A stretch of DNA of 60,000 nt from Botryllus schlosseri (taxonomy: Eukaryota): contig CM119372.1 of NCBI GenBank assembly GCA_051294905.1, positions 23,934,001-23,994,000 on the forward strand. Direction: 5' to 3'. Both the position numbers and the translations under genes were made by a program. This document shows positions 26,421-38,191 of this stretch, one piece after another. The notes beneath the pieces are model-generated. The model saw only the letters and a list, made by a program, of their open reading frames with translations. It was not told the DNA's origin and made no database searches. How positions within the stretch are numbered: the stretch's first letter is position 1; every line of letters starts with the position of its first letter.

Positions 26421-27545
26421 CAGGGGCGTAGCCAGCCGAGATAAAAAGGGGGTAGAACTGAATAAAGGGGGCAGAATGAGCCTCTATGTGTCATACCTTT
26501 AGCGATAGCGACTTCTGTATTCCGTATGCTTTTGAAAGCGTAACTAATTGGCGGATCTAATTACTGAAAGCGAGTTAGCAATCAACAGCTTGCACGGGGA
26601 TCGTGTTAGCAATCAACAACTTGCACGGGGATCATGTTACGATGCCCACGCGCTCATCCCGTGACAGTGCAGGAGATCTTATTTACATTCAAATACGTAA
26701 GCGACCTTGAAACAATACCAGAACAACATTTCACGACGAACAATCTATACGGCGCAGAATCTGTTATATCTTCATGAATTTTGACATGATTCAATTCGCG
26801 TGTAAGAGTAACGTCTTCTCGGCGTTTTAATTCCATTCATTTCGAACATGGCGCATATACTAATTGTACCGGCGTGTGAATAATGACTTATTCGCAAAGC
26901 GAGGGAATCTCAAACAAGTTTCGGCGCGGCTATTGAAGGCTGAATACGTCCCGGTGGGATACCGATCACTAAAGGCATAATCTAGTATGACGTATAGATG
27001 GTCATTGAGGTCAAGACAATGCACAACAATGGCGTCAAAATAAAATGCGAATCGAATGTATTGTGTCTTCACGCTGTTTTGGGAAACAGGCTTGAGTTCG
27101 GCAAAGCACGAATCAGATGCGATTGCTTTAAAACATGATTTCATTCAGTTATAAGTTGCTATTTTCATGATATTAATGTTCGTTATCGTTTATAATGAAC
27201 TGTTAATGAGAAAACAACGCGTGAACGATGCGACAAATGTTATTATTGCCCGACGACTGCATTCAGAATAAAGGGATTAAGCTGATCGCTAACCCTCGCC
27301 AAGAGAAAAATGTAACAATGCCCCTTTCACGCTTGCATAGACGCGCTTCCATGGACGAGAGATCGACGAGAAAAAGGCATGTAATCAGCGTCGGCGATCG
27401 GCGTCGCGCGCAGCAAATTGAAATTAGGCGATAACGTGAAGAAATGTTGTTATAGCAGTAGCGTTGACTTGGGATTTTCCGGATAGAATCGAGCCTGGAA
27501 GGGGGTAGAACGTTCTTCAATTCTACCCCCCTGTCTACGCCCCTG
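26421..27545. mobile_element. Non-autonomous hAT element (1125 bp) inserted in the P450 coding sequence
   Basis: 15-bp TIRs CAGGGGCGTAGCCAG / CTGTCTACGCCCCTG (1 mismatch). Exact 8-bp TSD GTGTCTCG (26413-26420, 27546-27553). GGGGGTAGAA subterminal motifs and an internal 31-bp tandem duplication at ~26574-26636. Confidence 0.95.
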
Positions 27546-28445
27546 GTGTCTCGAGTCGCAGATTTGTTGGACAACGAACCACCCAAAGCATCTCATTTGG
27601 TTCTCCTTCGTCTATTTCCAATGTTTCGTAATGCTATTCTTTCAATTTTCGCGAGCCGCAGAGATAAATACATTCAATACCTGACTGCGTTTTGTCGACG
27701 CGTTGCCAAAGAACGAGACGAGTCCACACTTCCGAGCCCAAGAGACCTGATGCAACTGATGTTGGAGTCTCGAGTGGACGGTATTGATGAAGGAACAAGC
27801 AAAGGTCTAACACAACATGAAGTAGCCGCCAATAGCATCACGATGCTTCTCGCCGGGAGGAATACTCTAGCACATTCTCTGAACTATCTCGCATACAATT
27901 TAGCGATGCACGCGGAGGTGCAGGAAAAACTTCGAAAGGAAATCGACCACTATTTTGCGGAGCACGAAAGCTTAGACTGGGAAGTGGTGAGCAAAATGAA
28001 ATACCTGGAGATGTGCATTGTTGAAAGTATGCGATTATATCCCCCGTTCGCGCGCACAATTCGCAAGGCGGAGAGAGACATTATGGTTGGCGACACCATG
28101 GTGTCGAAGGGTACTTGCGTTGACGTTCCGATCCACGCTTTATCACGGGATCCTGAACTGTGGAAATCTCCGCTTGAATTCGATCCCGAAAGATTTAGAG
28201 ATATGTCTGAAGTGGATACCATGGTATATCAACCGTTTGGAAATGGCCCGCGTGTGTGCATCGGGAAGCGGTTTGCGTTATTGGGAATGAAACTATTTGT
28301 ATCGAGATTATTGCATGAATATGTTCTGCTGCCGTCAGAGTCCACGTCCACTATACCATTAGACCTTACCTATAATCTCACTGTTACTCCAAAGTGTCCA
28401 GTAATGCTGAGAATACACCAGCGAAGAAGCGATCTAAATAGGTAA
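27546..28445 (+). CDS. CYP3-clan P450, C-terminal half (I-helix, ExxR, PERF, heme Cys)
   Basis: 299-aa ORF with RDLMQLML, LAGRNT, EVQEKLRKEI, ESMRLYPP, FDPERF and FGNGPRVCIG. Confidence 0.93.
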   Translation: MSRVADLLDNEPPKASHLVLLRLFPMFRNAILSIFASRRDKYIQYLTAFCRRVAKERDESTLPSPRDLMQLMLESRVDGIDEGTSKGLTQHEVAANSITMLLAGRNTLAHSLNYLAYNLAMHAEVQEKLRKEIDHYFAEHESLDWEVVSKMKYLEMCIVESMRLYPPFARTIRKAERDIMVGDTMVSKGTCVDVPIHALSRDPELWKSPLEFDPERFRDMSEVDTMVYQPFGNGPRVCIGKRFALLGMKLFVSRLLHEYVLLPSESTSTIPLDLTYNLTVTPKCPVMLRIHQRRSDLNR

Positions 28446-28983
28446 TAAAAACTTGCAGACCATATAGCGACTATACCATAGTTAATGAATTTTTTTGTTA
28501 TGACCAACAACACATTGCCAATTTCATTCCAAGTTCAATATAACCTTTGCAGCAGTAACGTGTGGTCAGGAGAGGCAAGTGAGGCAGTTTCTCCAGAATG
28601 AGTGAAGGAAAATTGTGAAAGCCTTCAATGATTACACTGGTCAACACAAATTTTGGTGCCAAGAAAGTTTCAACGGTTTTAGGGTGTTTGTATGTCGCTG
28701 AATCCAAAAATGACATCAGTTTTCCCGAATTGGCTCTATTTTTCGAGATTTTTCCTATTTTAATTTCAAAAAATGCTAAAAATACCCAATTTTGACGTAG
28801 GTAAAATTATATTTTTCTGCAGCTTTGATGAGTCTACATCCGTCTACAAGCATGTGCATACCGTATTCTTCTAGTTCTGATTCTGAAGTTTTATCGCTAA
28901 ACACGCAATCGTTAACACAGAAATCCTTGTAAACGGGAATCATGTCATGTGAAGATCAAGCAAAAATTAGGCGATATTAGCAG

Positions 28984-30271
28984 CAGAGGTGGTCAAAGCA
29001 GTCAAGAAAGCTACTCGCGTAGAAGCAGAAGTAGCGACCAAAAAATCTACTCAAGTACGAGAAGAAGTAGTTCAATCTGCCGCCTAAAACTACTTGAAGT
29101 AGAAGTAGAATTTACTGACTTTAAATCTACTCAAGTAAGTAAGTAGTTTTGAAAACAGTCTTAATTCGTTCGCATGGACTGTCAAAAGCTGCAAATTATA
29201 AGCCATGCGAAAGGTTCAGAGAGCTTGATTCGTATTGATACATCCCAGGAGGTATCAATTTTCGACAGAATAAGCATTCTTTCGCATCATGGGATGCAAA
29301 TTATGGTATTGATATGAAAATGTGATACTAACCCTTTGTTTACTAGAAGACCCCGTTTTAGAGAATATAATGGCATGGCGCCCTGCCCCATATTAATAGG
29401 CCCCAAGTTTAGGCAAAGAGCAAAACGGAGAAGCTGTATCGGATACGGTTTCAATACTTTGCGCGATTAGTATACGTTAATAACAAATATTGTGGATCGT
29501 AAAAGTTATATTTAGTGTAGCTTTATTTTCGGAAAATAGAGGCATTACTATACGCTTGTTTCTATGCTTCAACATATATGTTCTGCAGACAAAAGAACTG
29601 GAAGTAATTAGAACTCAAAGTATGATACTCGGAATTGAAAGTGAAACATAAATATCACTTCTAAAAAGCGGAAAATATATTTCATGTCTTTTGTCCATAC
29701 AGCTTCAAAGGTGATCTGCTAAAACAGGTGTAACGTTCAAAAAAGTCGGGTTTTCCAGTTTAGCAAGACACGCAATGGGCTGCTAGATTACGAAATCATA
29801 GGTAATCGCTAGATTATTAAACGGTAGTTTCAAACGTTATGGTGGGCCATATTTACTGTGATGAAATATTTGATATGGGCGACAATGCGATGTGAGCGGA
29901 ACCAAGCAACCCGCGAACCCGGTACCTAAATTATATTCACAGATACTTTCGTGAAAACATATTTGTCACTCCACAGCTACTGTGCGCGAAGCGCAACTAA
30001 ATTGCTGGGCTTTACTTGACTTTTATGAATATCAAATGTTGGTACTACGTGAAAATAGCCCCGAAATTCCTCAGGCTATCTTCCGTATCGGGGGATTAAA
30101 CTACTTGACAAACTGAAAATAGCGAAAAGTAAGTAAGTAGATCACAAAATATTACGAAGTAGAAGTAGAAGTAGAGAAAATCAGATCTACTTGAGTAAGT
30201 ACCAGAAGTAGAGTAAAACTACTTGAGTACTTCCAAAAAGTAGAAGTATACTTCGTTACTGACCACCTCTG
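28984..30271 (+). mobile_element. AGTAGA-repeat hAT family copy
   Basis: TIRs CAGAGGTGGTCA / TGACCACCTCTG, colinear with 4317-5614. No clear TSD. Confidence 0.85.
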
Positions 30272-30798
30272 CATTACATACATTCAAAAACATTTACCGC
30301 ATTTCCATACCTTACAGTACATGGATGTTTTGATCCTTTACGCCAGTGGTTCTTAACCTTTTTTCCTCCAGCGCCCCCTTTCAAAAATTATCGTGCTCCA
30401 GCGCCCCCCAACCTCATATTGTAAGGAATGTAATAAAGACAATGAGTAAGAGGGCCGTAATAGCACTTCGTCAACCCCCCTAAAAACGACTGCCTTGCGC
30501 ACCCATAGCATGATAAACCAAACTTCTGAGGGCTTTGCCCCCAAGAATCCCGTAGCGTGATTTCGATGGTCAGCAAAGTTTGTGTGGCCTGGTCGCCCTA
30601 GGTACCAAAATTTTCTATAATGCATGAATGAATAGATGGTATTTACATATATAAGTCGCTATAAACTTTTTATCCTCTCAGCCCACGTAATCAGATTTAC
30701 CAGTAGCGCTGAGTACGCTGTTGTATGGCAAAATAAAGGGCGCGTAATTAATAATTAAACATATTCGGGCGTGCCCGTAGTTACAATTAATTCGTTAC

Positions 30799-32010
30799 CA
30801 GGGCCGTAACAGCACTTCGTCAGCCCCCCCCCCCCAAAAAAAAAAAAAAACGTTGGTCTTGGGCCCCCATCGGGTGATAAACCAAACTTCCGGGGGGTTT
30901 CGCCCCCAGACCCCCCTTCGGCTATCCGCTATTTGCTGATTCTAGTCATCTACATGGGGTGTCCATTTACTGAGCCAGCTATTCTCGCCTAGACGCGCGA
31001 AGCGCGAAAAATTTCAATAATTAATGATTGAATTGGTCAGTATGATCGGGAATTGCATGTATATTGATATCAATTTTTATCCTCTCTCTGCTCACGTAAA
31101 CAGATTTAACGATAGAGCTGAGTGATGTGTGATTGAAAAGGTAGGACCCCTCAATAATAATTATACATCTTCGGGCGTATACCCGTTGGCAGGAACGAAA
31201 CGGCACTTCGTCAGGCCCCCCGAACAAACTTGGGTCTTGGGCTCCCATAGGGTGATAAACCGACCGACCCCCATCACGTTGTTCGCTTTTGTCACGAAAT
31301 CAGCTGTACTGTTTAGCGAGCCAGTGCGAAGCGCGAAAACTTTCGATAATTCATGATAAAATCGGTCAGTAAGATCGGGAATTGCATATATATTGCTATT
31401 AATTTCGTGTTCTCTCTGCTCACGTTACCAGATTTACCGGTAGAGCTGAGTGAGGTGCAATGTTCCCTCTGAGCTTCGCACGTGCGCAGTGCTGACACGG
31501 TCTCTGCGCACAGAAAATCTACGTTGCGCACAACAAATCCGAAGTTATGACCTTTTTTAGTCGTTACGTACTGTTGTCCAAGGGTCTGCGCAGTGAGTTG
31601 TTGAGTGTGCGCAGACTCGTCAAAACGTAGAGCGAACATTGTGAGGTGTCTTGGAAACTGTAGGGCCCGTAAATAATAATGAAACATATTCGGGCGGACG
31701 AACCCGTTGGTATGACTTCGTTGCATGATGTTATTTCGTAACCTCCTGTCTGATATATCAAAAAATATAGAATCGTCCAACAGGAATATCTGGTTTTAGA
31801 TATCCCTGTCGCCCAATCGTACTAAACTAAAAGACGCACACGATTTCAAATTGGTATTTTTTCACTGGCATATAATTTTTCCCTGCCAGATGGAATTCGT
31901 CTTCTGAGGTTCAGATTGCCAAGACAGGAACATTCGGTGCCAGTCATTTAGGCGCCCATGGACAATTAAACCTATATGTCTTTTGTAGGCTATATATAAC
32001 GAAGTTTTCG
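30799..32010. mobile_element. Composite dispersed repeat (also at ~53633-54570)
   Basis: Same module order starting CAGGGCCGTAACAGCAC, including the GGTAGGACCCCTCAATAATAATT and GATTTACCGGTAGAGCTGAGTGAGGTG blocks. Confidence 0.65.
31458..31641. mobile_element. Small MITE (184 bp)
   Basis: TIRs CAATGTTCCCTCT / AGAGCGAACATTG. TGAGGTG is duplicated on both sides. TGCGCA motifs inside. The empty site is visible at ~54303-54325. Confidence 0.8.
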
Positions 32011-32166
32011 GTGTTAATTTTCTCAGAATACTCATTAAGGATATGTCCTAACACCACATTATCTACTGCGAAGCCATTTTTCTCCAGCGCCCCCCATACC
32101 GCCCCCCCCCCCATATCGCCCCCTGAGCGTTTCCGCCCCCTTGAAAATTGCCAGCGCCCCTTGGGG

Positions 32167-33192
32167 TAAGAATAGATTCATAGAAGAGCCTCGGGTATTG
32201 TGTGAATTGTGACTGGTGAGATGAGTGAAATAGTCTAGGAAGATTTCTGGTAGGCTCTCATTGTAGTAGCCATGCATGAGCTTACCTATTTCATAAAAGT
32301 GGATATCTTCAACTTTTAAGATGTTCAAGCGACTATATATAGCTGAACCCCACAATACGACCCCATAAGTCAAGTGCAAGTGGAAGAGTGTGTGATATAT
32401 TGTTAGTCGTGTGAAAAGTGGTAATAGGATACGAACTTTTCTTAAGATTCCTATGGCTTTCGATGGTTTAATGCAAATTGAATTAATGTGATCACCCCAG
32501 GATAGCTTATTATCTATAATTATGCCAAGATAAGATAGAGACGTCTGGAAAGTAAGTCTTTCATTATTGAGCTTCAGTACTATGTCTTTTGGAGTACCTT
32601 TACCAAAGAACATACAGTGTGTTTTTGAAGTATTTATTGTTAGTCTATTGCTACACATCCAGTCATATATTTTTATTAGATTTGAATTACATGAATACTC
32701 AAGGTCAGCTGTATTACAAGATGAGAGCATGAGAGATGTATCATCTGCAAACAGTTGAATTGTGAAGTCCGATACATTGTCTATATCATTAATATAAATT
32801 AAAAATAGGAAAGGACCCAGAACTGATCCTTGAGGTACACCCATTTCAATTTCGAGCTTATCTGTTGAGACTTCACCATTTTTAACAAATTGCCATCTAT
32901 TACATAAATAGGACTGTAGTAGCTTATATATGTTACCCCTAACTCCATAGTGAGATAATTTCTCCAAGAGTATTGATCTATCCACTGTATCAAATGCCTT
33001 TTTTAGATCTAGAAAGATGCAGATGGTGGATAGATTACTGAAAAGGTTTTTAGAGATGTTATTTATACTATCTATAACTGCATGCTGGGTTGAGTGACGC
33101 TCTCTGAAGCCAAATTGTTTTCTGGATATTATGCTAAATTTCTCAACGAAGCAAGTTAGCCTTTCAAGTATTAATTTTTCTTTAATTTTCTA
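32167..33192 (-). mobile_element. L2/CR1-clade non-LTR retrotransposon reverse transcriptase fragment
   Basis: QFGFRERHSTQHA, FLDLKKAFDTVD, YGVRG, GVPQGSVLGPFLFLIYIND, LFADDT, YLGIIIDNKLSW. There is an internal deletion near the C-terminus and both ends are truncated by other repeats. Confidence 0.93.
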
Positions 33193-33207
33193 CAGGGTTG
33201 GTGCGAT

Positions 33208-33319
33208 GACATGCAAAATAAGGTCAAAAACATGCAAAATAAGGTCAGTCGCGACATGCAAAATAAGGTCAGTCACATGCAAAATAAGGTCAGTCACGAC
33301 ATGCAAAATAAGGTCAGTC
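33208..33319 (+). repeat. 21/24-bp minisatellite, short array (CATGCAAAATAAGGTCAGTCA)
   Basis: About 5 units, inverted relative to the long array at 33783-34398. Confidence 0.9.
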
Positions 33320-33782
33320 CGCGCATAAATCCAAATCTATACTTCAATTACAAATCCAACTTTTTTCATTTTGAAAAATAAATTCAGAATATCTTTTCTG
33401 TATAGCAGCCTACTTTCAACATTGAAATTCCTTATCTATATCATAAATCTTAAGATTTTTCAATCAAAAGATAATCATGATTATCTTGATTACGAAGTCA
33501 GTCGCATGTAGAATATTATTATAAGTCCGCGCATAAATCCAAATCCACACTTTAATTACAAATCCGATTCTTTTTTTCTTATGAAAAATAAATTCAAAAT
33601 GTCTTTCCTATATGTAGTAATTTCATGATTGACATTCCCCGTCTATATCCTGAATCTGAAGATGTTTCAACAAAATGTAATCAGACGATTATTACGATTA
33701 CGAGGTGAGTCGCACGTAGAATATTAACAGTCCGCGTATAAATCCAAATATTTACTCCAAATCCTACTTTTTTCTTATGCCA

Positions 33783-34398
33783 CTGACCTTATTCTGCAAT
33801 CTACATGTCGCGACTGACCGTATTTCGCATGCGACTGACCTTATTTTGCATGTGACTGATCTTATTCTGCATGTCGCGACTGACCTTATTTTGCATGCGA
33901 CTGACCTTATTTTGCATGTGACTGACCTTATTTTGCATGTGACTGACCTTATTCTGCATGTCGCGACTGACCTTATTTTGCATGCGACTGACCTTATTTT
34001 GCATGTGACTGACCTTATTCTGCATGTTGCGACTGACCTTATTTTGCATGTGACTGACCTTATTTTGCATGTGACTGACCTTATTTTGCATGTGACTGAC
34101 CTTATTTTGCATGTTGCGACTGACCTTATTTTGCATGTGACTGACCTTATTTTGCATGTGACTGACCTTATTTTGCATGTGACTGACCTTATTCTGCATG
34201 TCGCGACTGACCTTATTTTGCATGCGACTGACCTTATTTTGCATGTGACTGACCTTATTCTGCATGTTGCGACTGACCTTATTTTGCATGTGACTGACCT
34301 TATTTTGCATGTGACGGACCTTATTTTGCATGTGACTGACCTTATTCCGCATGTTGCGACTGACCTTATTTTGCATGTGACTGGCCTTATTTTGCATG
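33783..34398 (-). repeat. 21/24-bp minisatellite, ~28 units (ACTGACCTTATTTTGCATGTG)
   Basis: Directly visible tandem array. A 24-bp variant (…CATGT(C/T)GCG) appears every 3-4 units. Confidence 0.97.
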
Positions 34399-34929
34399 CA
34401 GTCCGCGCAAAAATCATAATTCCAAATCCAACTTTTTTCTAGTCGAAATCAAATTATAAATTTTGTTACCTACACTATACTTTAAACATTGAAATTTCAA
34501 AATTGGAATGAAAATTCAGATATATGTCCCCGTGAAAATTGAAACGTTAAATTTGTTTCCTCTGGCTATTCCAAAATCCAAATCCTATTTTGCTTGTCTG
34601 CGAACTGCATGCCTACATTCTGATTTAAATTTCATATCCAAATATAGGGGAGACTGAGAGCAATATGTTACAGCGGTGGGTTCTTCCAGCCGTTACGAAA
34701 AAAGTGGATACAAATGCTCGGGCCATTGTGTCATTACTGCCTGCGCCAGAAAATCTTCATCCGTTGTTTCTGACTTTGTTTTGTTGGAATTTTTAGTAAG
34801 AATTTGCCTATCTGGAATGTTTCGAGTGTTTCATAATCTTAGGAATCTTATCATCAGCCAAACATATATTCCGCGTGAAACATGAGGAAAAATCTATACT
34901 CTCCGCGAATAGAGTCCCTGAATTTATAC

Positions 34930-35860
34930 GTCATCATCATCATCATCATCATCGGTTTATTAGCAATTTTATCAGTTCAATACACCACAAAAAGGCGATA
35001 CTATGAAAAGACAGGAAGATGTCGCAGCGACTTGGAGTAGTCTATGGAATCAGACACCCACCTTGGCCTAGGCCAGTGGTTCTCAACCATTTTTTAGACA
35101 CGCCCCCCTTTTTGATAGTGAAAAATTTCGCGCCCCCATATATCGTCATATCACAAAATCCAACCGGGATGCTAGCAACCCCAACAGATTGTTTGATAGC
35201 ATGGAAGGTTATGAGTGTTGATGAGAGAATTAAAAATATGAAATTCGGTCTGTATATGGAGAAACACGCGTGAACTGGAGGTAAATCGCGCCGACCGCGA
35301 AATTTTTTTTCAGGTGACCACTTCTTCGCGCCCCTCTTCGATGCTTTCACGCCCCCCAGGTTGAGAACCACTGGCCTAGGCGTTGTGAAAATAAGGCATG
35401 CACACTGCATGAAAGTAAAGAAGATAGTATAGAAAAAGAAGCGACAAGAAACAGGGCGGCATGTCATAGAAAGCGAGATCGATATGTCAGTCGTGGTCCG
35501 GTAATCTTGAGGATGGACTATATTTATCTAGTAGTAATTGCTTGTATTTCGACTTGAATGTGGACATGCTTGTCGACTGTCGGATGGCCGGCGGAACACT
35601 GTTCCACACATCGGGTCCGGCATGTTTGATAGAGCGATGATCTTTTCGGTCGATCATATGATAGTTGGACGACGTGGACGCGCGTGTGTTGTACTTGTGC
35701 GCTTTTGATTCCGAGGTGAAGAAGTCATTGAATTATTCGGGGCAACGACCGCAGTGGAACTGATACATAAACTTGGCGATTTCTAGTTTCCGCACATCTT
35801 CTATGTTTAGGACACCGAATCTCTTCAGCAGAGACTTCAAATGACTGTGTTAAGCTAGTG
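34930..35860 (-). mobile_element. L2/CR1-clade LINE 3' end with (GAT)n tail, interrupted by a MITE
   Basis: Minus-strand ORF2 C-terminus (LNIEDVRKLEIAKFMY...HKYNTR...KHAGPDVWNS), then 3' UTR, AATAAA and (GAT)n. Confidence 0.88.
35074..35373. mobile_element. Charlie-like hAT MITE (300 bp)
   Basis: TIRs CAGTGGTTCTCAACC / GGTTGAGAACCACTG. 8-bp TSD GCCTAGGC (35066-35073, 35374-35381). Confidence 0.95.
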
Positions 35861-37117
35861 ACAGGAGATCAGATGCTAATGGTTAGCAACTGGTACTTTA
35901 CCTACAGACAGTATTCAACAGGACTAGGTCAAAACATTATATACCACATACTAACTGGAATATAGCATTTGGGGTGGCTGAGAACATTGACTTTTTTTTA
36001 ATTTATTTTTTTTTTTTTTAATGAAATCAACGACCCGTGGCGGCGTGACCGCGTGCAACTGGCGACCAAGTCGGCGTGATCCTGCGTGCCTTGGACACCG
36101 TTTACATACTGGCGTATATGGAACTCCATTCCACCCCATATTAAAGATAAACCACTCCATATCTTTAAACAAATGTTTCACGAATATCTTGTAGGAAAAT
36201 ATGAACATTCTTAATAAATGTGTCAATCAGCATCTCTTTGCCTAGTTTGTGTTCCTGTAGCCAGTGCAATTGTTTTATCTCGTCTATTCAGTTTACCTAC
36301 TGTGATCCCACTTAGTTTTTCATCTGTTTCTGATACATTGCGTATATGTTATATTTTTTGCTTGCAAATGTGTTATATTATGTGATAAGTTTCATATTAC
36401 AACCATCCTTTCAGGCTGTAGCTGACTTGATGATCTCCCGATCCCTTCGCTACAGCCTGGTTCTGAATTATATATACTTTGCTTTGTATTTATCTATATG
36501 TGTATTATCAATGTTCATGGACCGAATAAATTATCTCTCTCTCTCTCTCTCTCTCTCTCTTTGGAAAAAGCTGTGGAGCTCTAATTCTAATTCTAATCTA
36601 ATTTGGAAAAACTGTGGAGCTCTTATTCTAATTCTAATCTAATTCAGAAAATCTGAAAATTTTCTAGTTGTCCAAGTCTGCCTGTGTGAACACAAGTTCG
36701 CGGTAACTCTAAATAGGTATGAACGCGCTCTTTTCCCGGAACTGTTTCGGTAATTTTTTTCTCTATGTGAACATCGCCTGCTTCGGAACTTGTTCCCGAA
36801 AGAGTTTCGTAAATCCGGTATGAAAAGGGCCTTAGAGGTTTAGTCAGTTGAATAATATTAGTTTACATATACCATGATTTTATGTGATTCCCAAACATAC
36901 CGATAGTTTATGAGTGCGAAATTGATGATAAATTACTTGGTATAAATTTTCTTGAAAGTAAGCCGCAGTGGCGGTGTGTTACATATGAACGGAGAAATAC
37001 GCAGAAGCGTTGCGACGATCGTGACCCAATGTGTTTATATGCCTAAAAAGTGTGTATGTACGCAGAATAAAGTGTCATGAAGTGTTCAATACGACCTTCC
37101 TGATTTAGAGTGTAGAT

Positions 37118-37488
37118 CAGTGGTTCCCAACCTTTTTCGACCCATCGCCCCCTTTTCAAGGTCAACACCGATCATCGCCCCCCAAATTTTGTGTACCGAA
37201 AATTGGGGATGCAAATTGCATTCACCGGCGGGTTGACTAAAGAAAAAAAAAAGGTCAAATTTTCGGCTCGATGTCTGCACTTTTGTAACTAAATTTCCAT
37301 GGGTTGACTAAAAAAAAAAAAAAAAAAGGTCAGCCGTTTTCACGCGTCATCGCCCCCCTATCGCCCCCTTCGCTGTTTTCGCCCCCCGTCGCCCCCTTGT
37401 CCATTTTCGCCCCCCTGTCGCCCCCTTCGTCATTTTCGCCCCCCTAGACCCCAAATCGCCCCCAAATCGCCCACGTTGGGAACCACTG
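37118..37488 (+). mobile_element. Charlie-like hAT MITE (371 bp)
   Basis: TIRs CAGTGGTTCCCAAC / GTTGGGAACCACTG. TSD GTGTAGAT (37110-37117, 37489-37496). TCGCCCCC repeats. Confidence 0.95.
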
Positions 37489-37605
37489 GTGTAGATCTTC
37501 GTTCATCACAATAAAGTAGAACATTTTGCGGTAGATTTATCTAAAGTCGAAATTTTCTTCACGCTTCGAGCAATATGTTGTCAATCGATTTCTTGCTTTT
37601 AATAT

Positions 37606-37792
37606 AGAGAGAGAGAGTCTTTATTTTTCATCGAACCAAAATACATACCAAACGGCAGTGGTGGTGGTACAGAAAATATGCGTACACAGTATTCGGTATT
37701 AGATAGGAATGATCGATAAGACCGTGAAGGTCATCTAGCCTGATCACACCAGCATCAAACAGGTACACTTGACTCAGAACAGTCTGGCTGTA
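37606..37792 (-). mobile_element. Short retroelement 3' end with (TC)n tail
   Basis: Inverted copy of 52943-53160, ending in AATAAA + (TC)n. Confidence 0.7.
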
Positions 37793-38191
37793 GTTAACCC
37801 CCCCTGAAAATGACTAAAAACGCCTAATGTACCAGATTTAGTCTAACTATATTCGCAATTACGAGAGAAAGTGTCGTCCAACATGAGACTTTGCGCTTGC
37901 GCTCGCAGAATCACTGTCGACAAGGAAACCTGGGCACAACATGATTAATGTGTGTGGGCCGAAACTTTTGATATCGATATGTCCAGGGTCCGAATAGTCA
38001 TGTTCTTGCAAACTGAGCCCAACGATAGACAGCATACCCGAAATATACACAGGTAACAATTTTATTGACCTACAAACTTTGAAAAAGTTTCGCGCGACTA
38101 TAGTGGCCAGCCCTGACCTAACATATCGATCTCGCCTTCCGTCATATGCCACCTCATTTTGTCGCTTGCATCTGCTTTACTCTGCCTAGGC

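Larger units (their letters stand above)
25816..28445 (+). pseudogene. Cytochrome P450, CYP3 clan (CYP3A-like), intronless, interrupted by a hAT insertion; reconstructed ORF 25816-26412 + 27546-28445 = 498 aa
   Basis: N-terminal TM anchor, KKYG.VWG.Y.G..P motif, C-helix WKRMR, I-helix AGRNT, K-helix ESMR, FDPERF, and heme motif PFGNGPRVCIG. The two halves join in frame at the duplicated GTGTCTCG. AATAAA overlaps the stop (28444-28449). Confidence 0.9.

Noticed and set aside
26413..27561. hAT insertion acting as a precise intron (introner)
   Set aside because: Nearby GT donors (26398, 26401, 26413, 26428, 26452) are phase 0 and 26415 is phase 2. The AG acceptors just after the element (27555, 27561) require phase 1. 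The element ends in TG, not AG. More distant cryptic splicing is not excluded.
33783..34398. CRISPR-like array
   Set aside because: Contiguous tandem units with no unique spacers, no cas genes, and a eukaryotic context.
33764..34442. Three long repetitive ORFs (CKIRSVT / DLILHVT / MQNKVSH repeats)
   Set aside because: They are by-products of 21/24-bp units (multiples of 3) that are open on both strands. There is no non-repetitive coding context.
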